From a virus: a DNA stretch of 64,000 nt. The DNA is taken from IMG/VR virus record IMGVR_UViG_3300040959_000809; one strand, given 5' to 3'. Under the pieces are notes generated by a model. That model saw nothing but the letters and a program-made list of their open reading frames with translations. It had not been told where the DNA came from and did not search any database. Positions 55,622-64,000 of the stretch are shown piece by piece. Both the position numbers and the translations under genes were made by a program. How positions within the stretch are numbered: the stretch's first letter is position 1; each line of letters begins with the position of its first letter.

Positions 55622-55923
55622 GACCAGTAGCAAGATGGCCAGTAGATAGAATAGCAACGGGGCACCTTTGTAGTGCTACCGCAAATATTGCCGGAGAATT
55701 TCAAATAGCAGTATTTGCAGGAGGGGAACCCATATCCTGCCCAGGTGATATCATCGGTGATCATACAATTAAAGTTGGCAAAGAATGCATATCTCATGCA
55801 GCAATTGTAAATGCCGGCTCACGTTTTGTTACTGCATTTGGTCGTCCTGTTGCAAGGATAGGAGACTCAGCCGATATGGGTAAAATCATTTCCGGAACCC
55901 CTCTGGTCCGTTGCGGCGGCTAG
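55618..55923 (+). CDS. PAAR-like spike-tip protein (gp5.4-like)
   Basis: TGH.C, GEPISCPGD, GRPVARIGD. Confidence 0.75.
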   Translation: MRPVARWPVDRIATGHLCSATANIAGEFQIAVFAGGEPISCPGDIIGDHTIKVGKECISHAAIVNAGSRFVTAFGRPVARIGDSADMGKIISGTPLVRCGG

Positions 55924-55988
55924 ACTAAAGAAGACACACACACTGACAACACAGAACAGAAGCAATCAGTTACAGTGGAGTCTAATTA

Positions 55989-56198
55989 ATGAACAACACA
56001 CCGGCCACCCAAGTAACCATTAAAGAAGCATATCGTCTCTTTTGGATGGTTAAAGGACATCTGAATGTAGATGAAAAAACGGCACTGGGTTGTGCTGATT
56101 CATATTTTAACCGATTGTGGGGAAATACCGATGGCTTCTATAGATCTGATGGGTTTGATGAAGCTTGGGAGAAAAAAGTTAAAATAAATGCAAAATAA
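55989..56198 (+). CDS. hypothetical protein
   Basis: 69-aa ORF, GGAG SD. Confidence 0.55.
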   Translation: MNNTPATQVTIKEAYRLFWMVKGHLNVDEKTALGCADSYFNRLWGNTDGFYRSDGFDEAWEKKVKINAK

Positions 56199-56230
56199 TG
56201 GTTGACAGGGCATTCTAACGGTGTTATAAT
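56172..56230 (+). promoter_or_regulatory. early promoter
   Basis: UP element plus TTGACA(56202)-N17-TATAAT. Confidence 0.85.
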
Positions 56231-56254
56231 ATGTAAAGAAATGAGGAATTTATT

Positions 56255-56914
56255 ATGTTTAACCACGTGAACCACGGTATAGTTTTACCTAAAATCGAAC
56301 GAAAGACCACCGAGGCTGGTCGCAAATACTTTACACCAGAGGGTGAAGCTTATCCTTCAATTACCACGGTGCTGTCAATTCTAAGCAAAGAAGCAATTCA
56401 GGCTTGGAGAGCACGGGTTGGTGCCGAGGAAGCCAATAAGATCTCTCGCCAGGCTGCCGGCCGTGGCACTGCAGTTCATAAACTAGCTGAGGACTATATT
56501 GATAATGTAGATGATTGGAAAGGCAAACAACAGCCCGCCAATCTGTTTATGTTTAATCAGATCAAACCAATCATTGATGAAAGCATCAATAACATCTGGT
56601 TCCAAGAGGCATTTCTATACAGCGATAAACTCAAGACTGCCGGACAGGTTGACTGTATCGCTGAATGGGATGGAGAATTATCAGTAATTGATTTTAAAAC
56701 ATCTCGCCGACCTAAAAAGATAGATCAAATTCAAAATTACTTTATGCAAGCATCCTTTTATGCCGCTGCATTTTTGGAACGAACTGGAGTGCCAATCAAA
56801 CAAGCAGTTATTCTGATTGCAGTGGATGATAATGAACCTCAAGTTTTTAAAATTAACACTTTCGATTACCTGGAGCACTTTTTAGCAGTACGGAAAAAGT
56901 TTGATGACTTATGA
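56255..56914 (+). CDS. PD-(D/E)xK exonuclease (Cas4-like)
   Basis: YPSITTVL, RGTAVH, AGQVDC, IDFKTS, Q...Y. Confidence 0.85.
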   Translation: MFNHVNHGIVLPKIERKTTEAGRKYFTPEGEAYPSITTVLSILSKEAIQAWRARVGAEEANKISRQAAGRGTAVHKLAEDYIDNVDDWKGKQQPANLFMFNQIKPIIDESINNIWFQEAFLYSDKLKTAGQVDCIAEWDGELSVIDFKTSRRPKKIDQIQNYFMQASFYAAAFLERTGVPIKQAVILIAVDDNEPQVFKINTFDYLEHFLAVRKKFDDL

Positions 56915-57132
56915 TACAAGCACTAAAATGGATCGCAACAGCAATGTTCCTCACAGCAGGAACCCTCTTATCTCTTAACATTGTCATTTCAAAGATTGGA
57001 TTTATTCTCTTCTTTACTGGGCACATTATACTGTTCTTTTTGTTTCTAAGACTTAAGGACAATCCTATGATAGTACAGAATGGATTTTTCATAGTTATTG
57101 ACGCCATTGGTATATACAGATGGTGGTTTTAA
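56911..57132 (+). CDS. small multi-TM membrane protein
   Basis: Three hydrophobic segments. Confidence 0.55.
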   Translation: MIQALKWIATAMFLTAGTLLSLNIVISKIGFILFFTGHIILFFLFLRLKDNPMIVQNGFFIVIDAIGIYRWWF

Positions 57133-57190
57133 AAAAATTAAAATAAATGCAAATAAATGGTTGACATTTGCTCAGGATGGTATATATTAG
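57131..57190 (+). promoter_or_regulatory. early promoter
   Basis: UP element plus TTGACA(57161). Confidence 0.85.
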
Positions 57191-57221
57191 TATTATAACA
57201 CATTAATGAAAAGGTTTTACA

Positions 57222-57449
57222 ATGTTGGTTTTTTGTGACTATATAGCAGACCGAATAAAGCGTGGTCTGGAATTTGATATCCGTGCTAACAGACCCTATA
57301 CTAAAGTAGGTGAGGTGGGCCCTGTCAAAATGGATCTACATCTTACTGAAGGCTATTTCTTGTCTACTAAAAAGACAATCCACGTCTCTGATTTGAATGG
57401 CAAAATGTATAAAGTGACTATCGAAGAGGAAAATGATTATGAAAATTAA
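57222..57449 (+). CDS. hypothetical early protein
   Basis: 75-aa ORF after promoter. Confidence 0.55.
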   Translation: MLVFCDYIADRIKRGLEFDIRANRPYTKVGEVGPVKMDLHLTEGYFLSTKKTIHVSDLNGKMYKVTIEEENDYEN

Positions 57450-57600
57450 AGGTGCAATGACCGTACTACAACGTCGGGCTCAATTCTATGGCAAACCCCT
57501 TGGTTGGCTACTTGATGCAATGGAAGCAGGCATGGACGAAAACATGACTGTAACAAAGGCATTTGCTGTGTACAAAGCGGAGATGCTTCGTGGACTTTGA
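57439..57600 (+). CDS. hypothetical (53 aa)
   Basis: Own translation MKIKGAMTVLQRRAQFYGKPLGWLL...; GAGG SD. Confidence 0.5.
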   Translation: MKIKGAMTVLQRRAQFYGKPLGWLLDAMEAGMDENMTVTKAFAVYKAEMLRGL

Positions 57601-57796
57601 TCAGCGGCATGGTGGGCCTTATGATAGAGGAACGGCTGATAGTTATTATGGCCGTGGGTTTAATCCTCACTATTTTAAAGGTTCATCATACCTATCAGAT
57701 GCTGTTATGATTGATGACATGACAGCAGAGGAAATTATGGCATATAAAACCGGCTATGATGATAATGAAACCGCCGGTAACTTTAAGGAGTGGTAA
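57563..57796 (+). CDS. hypothetical; true start probably near 57590
   Basis: HGGPYDRG.ADSYY.R.F.PHY motif. Confidence 0.6.
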   Translation: MLCTKRRCFVDFDQRHGGPYDRGTADSYYGRGFNPHYFKGSSYLSDAVMIDDMTAEEIMAYKTGYDDNETAGNFKEW

Positions 57797-58033
57797 TGAT
57801 GATACAGAAAGTAATTTATGGCACAGCTGCGGCAATTGGGCTTGTATTATTTGGTTGGTATCTGATTCACATTTGGACTGATTGTTTGAATGAAAATTCA
57901 ATCTTTACTTGCATGCGTATGTTAAATAAATGACATATATTGTAAACGGCAAAAAATTTGACTGTGTGTTTGATGCTATAGAATATAGAGATATTCTTGA
58001 TGCTCATTATATAAAGGTAGTATGGAGACAATT

Positions 58034-58603
58034 GTGAATATTTTTGTAACTGATATGTGCCCCGTTATTTCAGCACAAAGTGTCTGTGATAAACACTCTT
58101 CAAAAATGGTTGTTGAGTCAGGCCAGATGCTATCAACAGCACATCGAATGTTGGACGGGCAGATGGAATTGCGTAGATCTAAATCTGGTAAGCGTATGGT
58201 AAAATACTTTGTCCATCCCAACAGCAACCTCGAAGCCGTTCTTTATAAGGCTGTTCATCACTATCATCCCTGTACTGTATGGTCTATGGAATCAAAGGAA
58301 AACTATATTTGGCATTACAAACACTTTGTTGCTCTTGCTGAGGAGTTTGAGTTTAGATACGGAAAGAACCACATGACTATAAATAAACTTCGTGAGGTTC
58401 TTAAAGCACCTCCAAGCAATATTCCTAGTTTGGGCCTCACTGAATTCCCTCAGGCTATGAGCCACTTTCCAGATTGTAAAGTAGAAGGTAATCCAGTACA
58501 AGCCTATAGGAACTACTATCACATGGCCAAACCTTTTGCCAAATGGGAAAAAGGCAGGTCGGCACCCAATTGGTGGGAAGGTTATAAAGGGTTAAATGGC
58601 TAA
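58034..58603 (+). CDS. pyrimidine-dimer DNA glycosylase/DenV-like family
   Basis: MNIF, KMVVESGQMLSTAH, HPCTVW, AYRNYY. Confidence 0.75.
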   Translation: MNIFVTDMCPVISAQSVCDKHSSKMVVESGQMLSTAHRMLDGQMELRRSKSGKRMVKYFVHPNSNLEAVLYKAVHHYHPCTVWSMESKENYIWHYKHFVALAEEFEFRYGKNHMTINKLREVLKAPPSNIPSLGLTEFPQAMSHFPDCKVEGNPVQAYRNYYHMAKPFAKWEKGRSAPNWWEGYKGLNG

Positions 58604-58979
58604 AAAAACTAGGTACATACTCATAGATAATAAACTTGGTGTGTTTTTAGGATCTTATTCAATGCAGGATTTTGTAGAGCCAAAGGCTATTTTGGAAGGT
58701 AAAGTAAATATGCTCAAGGAAGATCCTAGATCGTATGCTTTATTTGCCAAACATAATCCATTTGGAGTAACAGATGCTGAATCATTTGACAGTAAAGAAG
58801 AAGCTGAACAATTTATCCGTGATGCTTTTTTCGATGTAAAGGGCGTAGGGCTAAGTGCTCAGCCGGTCGATACTGACCTTGATGATCCAGATCTAATTGA
58901 TATTATAAAAGCAGGTTATGGCGATCATACATTTGATATGCTAGAAGGATTGGAAACTTATAATGACACAATACACTAA
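58596..58979 (+). CDS. hypothetical protein
   Basis: 127-aa coupled ORF. Confidence 0.6.
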   Translation: MAKKTRYILIDNKLGVFLGSYSMQDFVEPKAILEGKVNMLKEDPRSYALFAKHNPFGVTDAESFDSKEEAEQFIRDAFFDVKGVGLSAQPVDTDLDDPDLIDIIKAGYGDHTFDMLEGLETYNDTIH

Positions 58980-59302
58980 TGAGTCTTGAGCAGTTCTTTG
59001 ATGAGTCAGATGCTCCAGCAAAAACACCTTGGGGTTCGACCAAGGAAAAGGAAATTCGACTTCGCACAAAACTTTGTGTAGCAGCATATGCTTATGAAAT
59101 TGATAATAACAGCGTTATGTCAGATGCTGAATTTGATGAAAAATGCCAACTAGTAAATCTTGATATTAAGACAGGAAATAGAAAACTAGATAACTGGTTT
59201 AAAAAACACTTTGATCCTTCCACGGGCCAATGGATTCACACACACCCAGAAAAACATAAGATAAAGTATGTGTATGAAAAATGGTATAAGGAGAAGGAAT
59301 GA
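58979..59302 (+). CDS. stand-alone NAD-dependent-ligase domain Ia-like protein
   Basis: AAYAYE....VMSDAEFD resembles the ligase Ia YY..D.P..SDAEYD motif. Confidence 0.5.
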   Translation: MSLEQFFDESDAPAKTPWGSTKEKEIRLRTKLCVAAYAYEIDNNSVMSDAEFDEKCQLVNLDIKTGNRKLDNWFKKHFDPSTGQWIHTHPEKHKIKYVYEKWYKEKE

Positions 59303-59551
59303 ATGTTTACTATAGAAATGGAGGACGATGAGACATTAATCACCATAATGGATGATACTGGTGAGCTCGACGATATTGGAGTTCTCTTATATGAAGATTA
59401 TTGCCATATTAGGCAATGGAACGAAAAGTCTCAAATGTTCGATGTAGTTACTCTTAAGCCGGAAATGTATGTAAAACTGATGAAAGCATGGAAGCTACCA
59501 GTAGGATCGTACATAATGGAGGAAGTGGACATTAATTACAAAAAAAGTTAA
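59303..59551 (+). CDS. hypothetical protein
   Basis: 82-aa coupled ORF. Confidence 0.6.
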   Translation: MFTIEMEDDETLITIMDDTGELDDIGVLLYEDYCHIRQWNEKSQMFDVVTLKPEMYVKLMKAWKLPVGSYIMEEVDINYKKS

Positions 59552-59600
59552 AATAAATGTAAAAAAATGGTTGACATTTACTCTAGATGGTGTATATTAG
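59540..59600 (+). promoter_or_regulatory. early promoter
   Basis: UP element identical to the 365 and 752 copies; TTGACA at 59571. Confidence 0.85.
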
Positions 59601-59636
59601 TTATATAAGGTTTAAAACACACACAGGAGATAAACC

Positions 59637-60017
59637 ATGGGTACTTCATCAATGATCGCAAACCACAACGAAGACGGAACTGTAACAGCTACATATTGTC
59701 ATTACGACGGTTATCTTTCGTACAACGGAAAAATGCTTGTTGAGAACTACAACACACCCGAAAAGGCAAAAGCTGTTGCCGAAGCAGGTTATCTTTCAAG
59801 CCTTAAGGCTAATCTGTACGAATCTGTAGTTGATTCCGTTCATAATGATCCTTCCGTTCAATACGATTCCCCTCAGCATTTCTTTGACGAAGCTGCAGAT
59901 TACTGTGGCGCTGAATATCTATACTTGTTTGATGGAGAGGCATGGTTTGTCCGTGAGGTTTATGGTAAGGCTGGTTACGAGGAAGTTGAAATGAACCTTG
60001 CTGCAAACGCGGCATAA
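59637..60017 (+). CDS. conserved phage hypothetical (YCHYDGY motif)
   Basis: YCHYDGY, EYLYLF; AGGAG SD. Confidence 0.7.
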   Translation: MGTSSMIANHNEDGTVTATYCHYDGYLSYNGKMLVENYNTPEKAKAVAEAGYLSSLKANLYESVVDSVHNDPSVQYDSPQHFFDEAADYCGAEYLYLFDGEAWFVREVYGKAGYEEVEMNLAANAA

Positions 60018-60045
60018 TTTTTAAAAAATAAAAGCAAAAAAATGG

Positions 60046-60074
60046 TTGACATTTGCTTTTAAATGATATATATT
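60046..60074 (+). promoter_or_regulatory. early promoter
   Basis: TTGACA-N17-TATATT. Confidence 0.8.
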
Positions 60075-60112
60075 ACTTATATGATGATTAATAAACTTGA
60101 GGAGATTACATC

Positions 60113-61066
60113 ATGGCACATAATCTTGAAATTATAGCTGGCCAGGCTCAAATGGCATACCGTGAATCAAAAGGCAAGCCTTGGCACGGTCTTGGCACCC
60201 CCGTACACGACTTTATGACTCCACAAATGATGATGGAAGCAGCTGGTCTTGACTGGGAAGTCGAAAAGGTTGACACATTTATTCGCTATAAAGGGGATAA
60301 TGTTGCGACTGGTACACAAGCTCTCGTACGCTCAAGCGATAGTAAAATCCTAACCCAGGTTGGTCCTGGATGGAATCCGGTTCAAAATGCAGAGGCGTTT
60401 GACTTCTTTACAGAGTTTGTTTCAAATGGTGACATGATCATGGATACAGCTGGCTCCCTAAAGGACGGGCAAATTGTCTGGGCCCTAGCTGATGTTCGTG
60501 ATGGATTTTCACTGTTTAACGGTGACGACGTAAAGGGCTACCTTTTGTTTTCAAACCCACACCAATACGGAAAATCAATCGACATTAAGTTCGTAATGGA
60601 ACGTGTCGTTTGCAATAACACTTTGACTGTGGCATTAAACGAAAAAGGAATGCCTGGTGTTCGGGTTAACCACCGTTCTGAATTTAATCCTCAGCGTGTA
60701 AAGGAGATTCTTGGTCTCTCTCACACACGGATTGGTCAGTTCGAAGAGGCTGCAAACTTCCTTGGCTCTAAGCAATACAACAAATTCGACCTTCAAAAAT
60801 TCCTTGCTGAAGTGTTTGGTGAGTCAAAAAAGGAAGGCAAGGAATTGTCTCGCACAGCACAACGTGCTATGGATATTGTAGAGTCACAGCCCGGCGCACA
60901 CTTCCGTCCAGGCTCATGGTGGAATGCATATAATGCAGTCACCTATATGACTGATCACGAGCTTGGCCGTTCAGCCGATACTCGGATGACATCTGCATGG
61001 TTTGGTACAAATGCCAAGCGTAAGGTTGATGCTCTAAATGTCGCCCTGGAAATGGCAGACGCATAA
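60113..61066 (+). CDS. DUF932-family protein
   Basis: PWHGLG, AGLDWEV, VQN.EAF, TAGSL..G, RVVCNNT, W.AYNAVT...DH. Confidence 0.88.
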   Translation: MAHNLEIIAGQAQMAYRESKGKPWHGLGTPVHDFMTPQMMMEAAGLDWEVEKVDTFIRYKGDNVATGTQALVRSSDSKILTQVGPGWNPVQNAEAFDFFTEFVSNGDMIMDTAGSLKDGQIVWALADVRDGFSLFNGDDVKGYLLFSNPHQYGKSIDIKFVMERVVCNNTLTVALNEKGMPGVRVNHRSEFNPQRVKEILGLSHTRIGQFEEAANFLGSKQYNKFDLQKFLAEVFGESKKEGKELSRTAQRAMDIVESQPGAHFRPGSWWNAYNAVTYMTDHELGRSADTRMTSAWFGTNAKRKVDALNVALEMADA

Positions 61067-61128
61067 TAGGATAGGTTTTATGGTCTTTTCCCTGAATAAA
61101 AGACCCTCTAACCTAGAAAGGGATACAT

Positions 61129-61254
61129 ATGATTGAAAGGTTTTTTAATAAGGTCGCAAAAATGGGACCTCGTGAAGTAATTTTTGTAGGCATATGGCTT
61201 GGTCTACTTCTTATTTTAATTGATACGGCAATGCCTGGCCGTGGCTTTTTTTAG
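61129..61254 (+). CDS. small membrane protein (41 aa)
   Basis: Own translation with one TM; AAGGGA SD. Confidence 0.4.
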   Translation: MIERFFNKVAKMGPREVIFVGIWLGLLLILIDTAMPGRGFF

Positions 61255-61265
61255 AATAGATCAAC

Positions 61266-61505
61266 ATGGAGGAAGCACCAAAGGCAAAGTTAATCTTACT
61301 TACTGACATCATTGAACAGAAGCTTCGTAAGGAAAAGGAATTAGAGTTTTATCAGAAGGAACTTGAAAAGCTCCAGGAGAAAATGTATTGGCTCGGTCGT
61401 GAAATCTCCTTAAATGAAACCATCATTCGTGTGATTGAAAATGAACAAGTTATAGATATAAGGGAAGGTTTATCTAAGAAACTGTTAGAGAGGTCAGACG
61501 AATGA
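61266..61505 (+). CDS. coiled-coil hypothetical
   Basis: 79-aa ORF. Confidence 0.6.
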   Translation: MEEAPKAKLILLTDIIEQKLRKEKELEFYQKELEKLQEKMYWLGREISLNETIIRVIENEQVIDIREGLSKKLLERSDE

Positions 61506-61771
61506 CATGGTTTTTAATAATATTGTTTGCATCGTGGGAAGAATATCCACTTTATGTGTTTACAGATCCTACATTTGGAAGCAAACAGGAATGTCTTGCA
61601 TCCGCTGCGGATAAAGAAGATGTAAAGAAATATGTTTATAAATTGTTAACAGAGTTTGGAAGACCAATGCCCATAGTAGGTGTTGGTTGTGTTAATGAGG
61701 ATGAATTGGAAACTATTTTAAATCAAATCAAGATTGATTTTCAAATAAAGGAACCAGGAATCGCAATATAA
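61502..61771 (+). CDS. hypothetical protein
   Basis: 89-aa coupled ORF with hydrophobic N-terminus. Confidence 0.55.
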   Translation: MTWFLIILFASWEEYPLYVFTDPTFGSKQECLASAADKEDVKKYVYKLLTEFGRPMPIVGVGCVNEDELETILNQIKIDFQIKEPGIAI

Positions 61772-62016
61772 TGATGACACCACTTGAAATTTCTGAATAT
61801 AAAAATAGATGGATGGCCTCTGGTGCAAACTGGAGGGTATCCGTTCATAGTGATCTTGCAGACCGGGCTAAAGCCTGGTGTAAACAACACCTTGATAAGC
61901 AGAGTTGGCATATAGTTCAATGGACTGATGTTTACGCACATACATTTTACTTTGAGGATCAGCTTCAAAGTCAAAATTTTGCCATGGAATTAAACCATAG
62001 ATTTAAAGGTACGTGA
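61771..62016 (+). CDS. hypothetical protein
   Basis: 81-aa coupled ORF. Confidence 0.6.
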   Translation: MMTPLEISEYKNRWMASGANWRVSVHSDLADRAKAWCKQHLDKQSWHIVQWTDVYAHTFYFEDQLQSQNFAMELNHRFKGT

Positions 62017-62303
62017 TGCAAGAATCATATCATAATTATATGCTTAGGCGTATTAGAGAAGATCGTCAAAAGGAGGAAAATATGGACGGCCCTTTTAAAG
62101 CAGCATTTGATTCTCACACCACTGGGGTGGTTCGCAGAGAGATTATCACATATCGCTATATAGATGGAATAATGGTTAAGGAAACCGCAACTCGTTCTTA
62201 TGGACGTGATGGGGATTACCACGATACTATTTCCACATTACCGTTGCCAGAGGATATGTCCGTGAAGACAACTGATCCACGGCAACTTGATTTATCTATT
62301 TAA
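62013..62303 (+). CDS. hypothetical protein
   Basis: 96-aa ORF; second SD-led ATG near 62081. Confidence 0.55.
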   Translation: MMQESYHNYMLRRIREDRQKEENMDGPFKAAFDSHTTGVVRREIITYRYIDGIMVKETATRSYGRDGDYHDTISTLPLPEDMSVKTTDPRQLDLSI

Positions 62304-62314
62304 TTAGAGGATTT

Positions 62315-62524
62315 ATGACATTACCTATAGAAAGAACGAATGCCGTTCTAAATACTGAAGCATTTCTTATAGACCTTTTAGACCCGAAGAAGACACCGAG
62401 AGTGCCGAAAGAGATTCGCCAGAGGGCAGCGAGTTGTTTGAGACATTATCCTTCTTGCTATAATATGGCGAACATAAAAGAAAGTTTTGAGGAGGTAGTA
62501 CAAGTGGGACCGAAGTATGACTGA
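62315..62524 (+). CDS. hypothetical protein
   Basis: MTLP.ERT.AV, TPRVPKEIR..A...LRHYP. Confidence 0.6.
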   Translation: MTLPIERTNAVLNTEAFLIDLLDPKKTPRVPKEIRQRAASCLRHYPSCYNMANIKESFEEVVQVGPKYD

Positions 62525-62843
62525 ATACAATCCTGACAACTGGGTAATTATTAAGATGAAAGGTGATGATCCTCACTACCGTGTCCTAGGCGGATGGAGT
62601 GGTGGTTACTTGGATGGTGATAGTTGGCGAATGAACAGTGGTATCACTCGTGTTGATGATGCTGACGAAGACTGGTTCTTCTATGGTAGCTCTGGCTCTG
62701 TATATCGTTGTAATAAAGGTTCTTACACGTTAAGAATGAATAACGAATACGTTTGGGCACAACTACAAGAACTTCACGGCGATAAAGTTGAAATGATGCC
62801 AGAAGATACTGACTGGCTGAACATGGATTGGATTATCAAATGA
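62517..62843 (+). CDS. conserved phage hypothetical
   Basis: PDNWV, GWSGGYLDGDSWRMNSGI, SGSVYRC. Confidence 0.7.
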   Translation: MTEYNPDNWVIIKMKGDDPHYRVLGGWSGGYLDGDSWRMNSGITRVDDADEDWFFYGSSGSVYRCNKGSYTLRMNNEYVWAQLQELHGDKVEMMPEDTDWLNMDWIIK

Positions 62844-62873
62844 AGTTTATTCAACACAAGGAAATGGCTAAGG

Positions 62874-63419
62874 ATGAAAGTTAAAATTGGCGGATACCCG
62901 AAATATTACTATTGGTTAGATAGATTGTTTGGTTGGAAACCTAAACAAAAGATAAGTGTTCGCATTGACCGTTATGACACGTGGAGCATGGATCACACCC
63001 TTGCTCCTATCATCTTGCCTATGCTTAAACAATTAAAAGAGACTAAGCACGGCGCTCCTAACGTGGATCCAAAGGATGTCCCAAAAGAACTGCGACCAAC
63101 CACTAAATGGAAAAAAGCATACGAGGGTGACGGCACAGCAGATCCTAAGTTCTTTGAACGTTGGGATTATGTTTTAGACGAAATGATTTGGGCATTTGAA
63201 CAAAAGTACCGTGATGATTGGGAAAGTGATTACTGCTCCGGCGAACACGATGTGTATTTTGAAATAATCACAGAAGGCGAGTACAAAGACCATAGCGAAA
63301 TGAAGCGTGGTCCTAAAGATACATTTGAAATAGACTGGGAAGGTCGTAAAGCACACCAAGAACGTATGTCAAACGGGTTTAGACTCTTTGGCAAATACTA
63401 CGAATCTCTTTGGGATTAA
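62874..63419 (+). CDS. conserved phage hypothetical
   Basis: DTWSMDHTLA.II.PML, RWDYVLDEMIWAF, GFRLFGKYY..LWD. Confidence 0.7.
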   Translation: MKVKIGGYPKYYYWLDRLFGWKPKQKISVRIDRYDTWSMDHTLAPIILPMLKQLKETKHGAPNVDPKDVPKELRPTTKWKKAYEGDGTADPKFFERWDYVLDEMIWAFEQKYRDDWESDYCSGEHDVYFEIITEGEYKDHSEMKRGPKDTFEIDWEGRKAHQERMSNGFRLFGKYYESLWD

Positions 63420-63429
63420 TAACAAAATA

Positions 63430-63485
63430 ATTTAAAATAATTACAAAAAAATGGTTGACATATGCTCATAGTATGATAGTATAGT
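63430..63485 (+). promoter_or_regulatory. early promoter
   Basis: A-tract, atgg TTGACA(63455). Confidence 0.7.
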
Positions 63486-63513
63486 TATATAAGGTGAAAA
63501 AAGGAACTATATT

Positions 63514-63768
63514 ATGAAAAACCATGTAACTGGCTACACATACTCAGGCAAAAACGCAGCTATCCTTGCAGCTGTTGGTGTGGACTCTGTCTGTACCTTC
63601 AAACAAGCTGTTCGTGAGATGGGTGTGCCTGGAAAGAACATGAAGGGCATCAAAGCTGTTGCTTCTCTGTTCCGTTTCTCTAAGGAATTGGATGATGAAG
63701 GCAATCGCAAGATGATCTGGTATTCAGTGTTTGATGCAAAGGCTGTCCTCGCTCGGAAGGCAGTCTAA
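63514..63768 (+). CDS. hypothetical early protein
   Basis: N.VTG..YSGKNA; AAGGA SD. Confidence 0.65.
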   Translation: MKNHVTGYTYSGKNAAILAAVGVDSVCTFKQAVREMGVPGKNMKGIKAVASLFRFSKELDDEGNRKMIWYSVFDAKAVLARKAV

Positions 63769-63769
63769 A

Positions 63770-63857
63770 AAAGTTTGAAATAAATGCAAATAAATGGTTG
63801 ACATTTGCTCAAGATGGTATATATTAATACTATAAGGTGAAAACAAAGGAATACACT
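63770..63857 (+). promoter_or_regulatory. early promoter plus leader cassette, near-identical to 3986-4075
   Basis: TTGACA at 63798 and shared leader aatactataaggtgaaaacaaaggaa. Confidence 0.85.
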
Positions 63858-64000
63858 ATGAAATATCAAATCTTCCAAATCCGTACTACCGAAGCTGAAG
63901 TCGATTTAATCAACAAAACTGGCGATTTCAATGCTGTGCCAAAGTTTGCAGCAAAACGTGATCTTGATTTTGCTCAAATGCGCGGTACTACAATCGAGGC
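63858..64000 (+). CDS. hypothetical early protein (runs off window)
   Basis: Own translation MKYQIFQIRTTEAEVDLINK...; AAGGA SD. Confidence 0.55.
   Translation, partial: MKYQIFQIRTTEAEVDLINKTGDFNAVPKFAAKRDLDFAQMRGTTIE

Noticed and set aside
56255-56914. Cas4-like gene as part of a CRISPR system
   Set aside because: No array or cas1/cas2; this exonuclease type is common as a solo gene in T4-like phages
57439-57796. Programmed frameshift joining ORFs 57439 and 57563
   Set aside because: No slippery heptamer recognised; a simple overlap with a GTG start near 57590 explains it
61082-61105. ggtctttt/aaaagacc hairpin as a riboswitch or ncRNA
   Set aside because: Single short hairpin with no recognisable aptamer motif and no clear U-tract; at most a weak terminator or stability element
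365-63857. Repeated ~35-70 nt AT-rich elements as a CRISPR array or transposon ends
   Set aside because: They are dispersed, not regularly spaced, contain -35/-10 boxes and precede SD-led ORFs; no cas or transposase genes are present
1-64000. Stop-codon reassignment
   Set aside because: Core genes end at TAA, TGA and TAG at expected lengths under the standard code

Overview
This is a 64-kb, AT-rich, almost entirely + strand segment of a T4-like (Tevenvirinae/Kyanoviridae-type) myophage genome. The host is probably a marine alphaproteobacterium, inferred from a two-piece permuted tmRNA, a Shemin-pathway ALA synthase, a Rhodobacter-type porin and a hemO-pcyX pair. The window holds T4 core replication and nucleotide genes (gp33, gp59, gp32, uvsX, gp41, gp61, thyX, nrdA/B, glutaredoxins, rnh, RuvC-like, dNMP kinase, phoH). 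It also holds a lysis module, two glycan/sulfotransferase islands, tRNA-Pro, and many small early genes behind a reiterated TTGACA promoter cassette. The most striking feature is a late-expressed set of about ten proteins whose N-terminal leaders (consensus M-x-x-F-K-x-[YHF]-[ILV]-x-E) match the T4 capsid-targeting sequence. Their cargo includes an RNA-ligase-like enzyme, a SpoT/Mesh1-type HD hydrolase, an HxGH nucleotidyltransferase and two PD-(D/E)xK nucleases. Two of these proteins look like polyproteins of small basic modules joined by acidic [IL]xE / EEVELDE prohead-protease linkers, and one module has a free-standing paralogue under an early promoter. A perfect-consensus antisense sigma70 promoter also points into the lysis cluster. 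All assignments come from motif reading by eye; no database searches were run.
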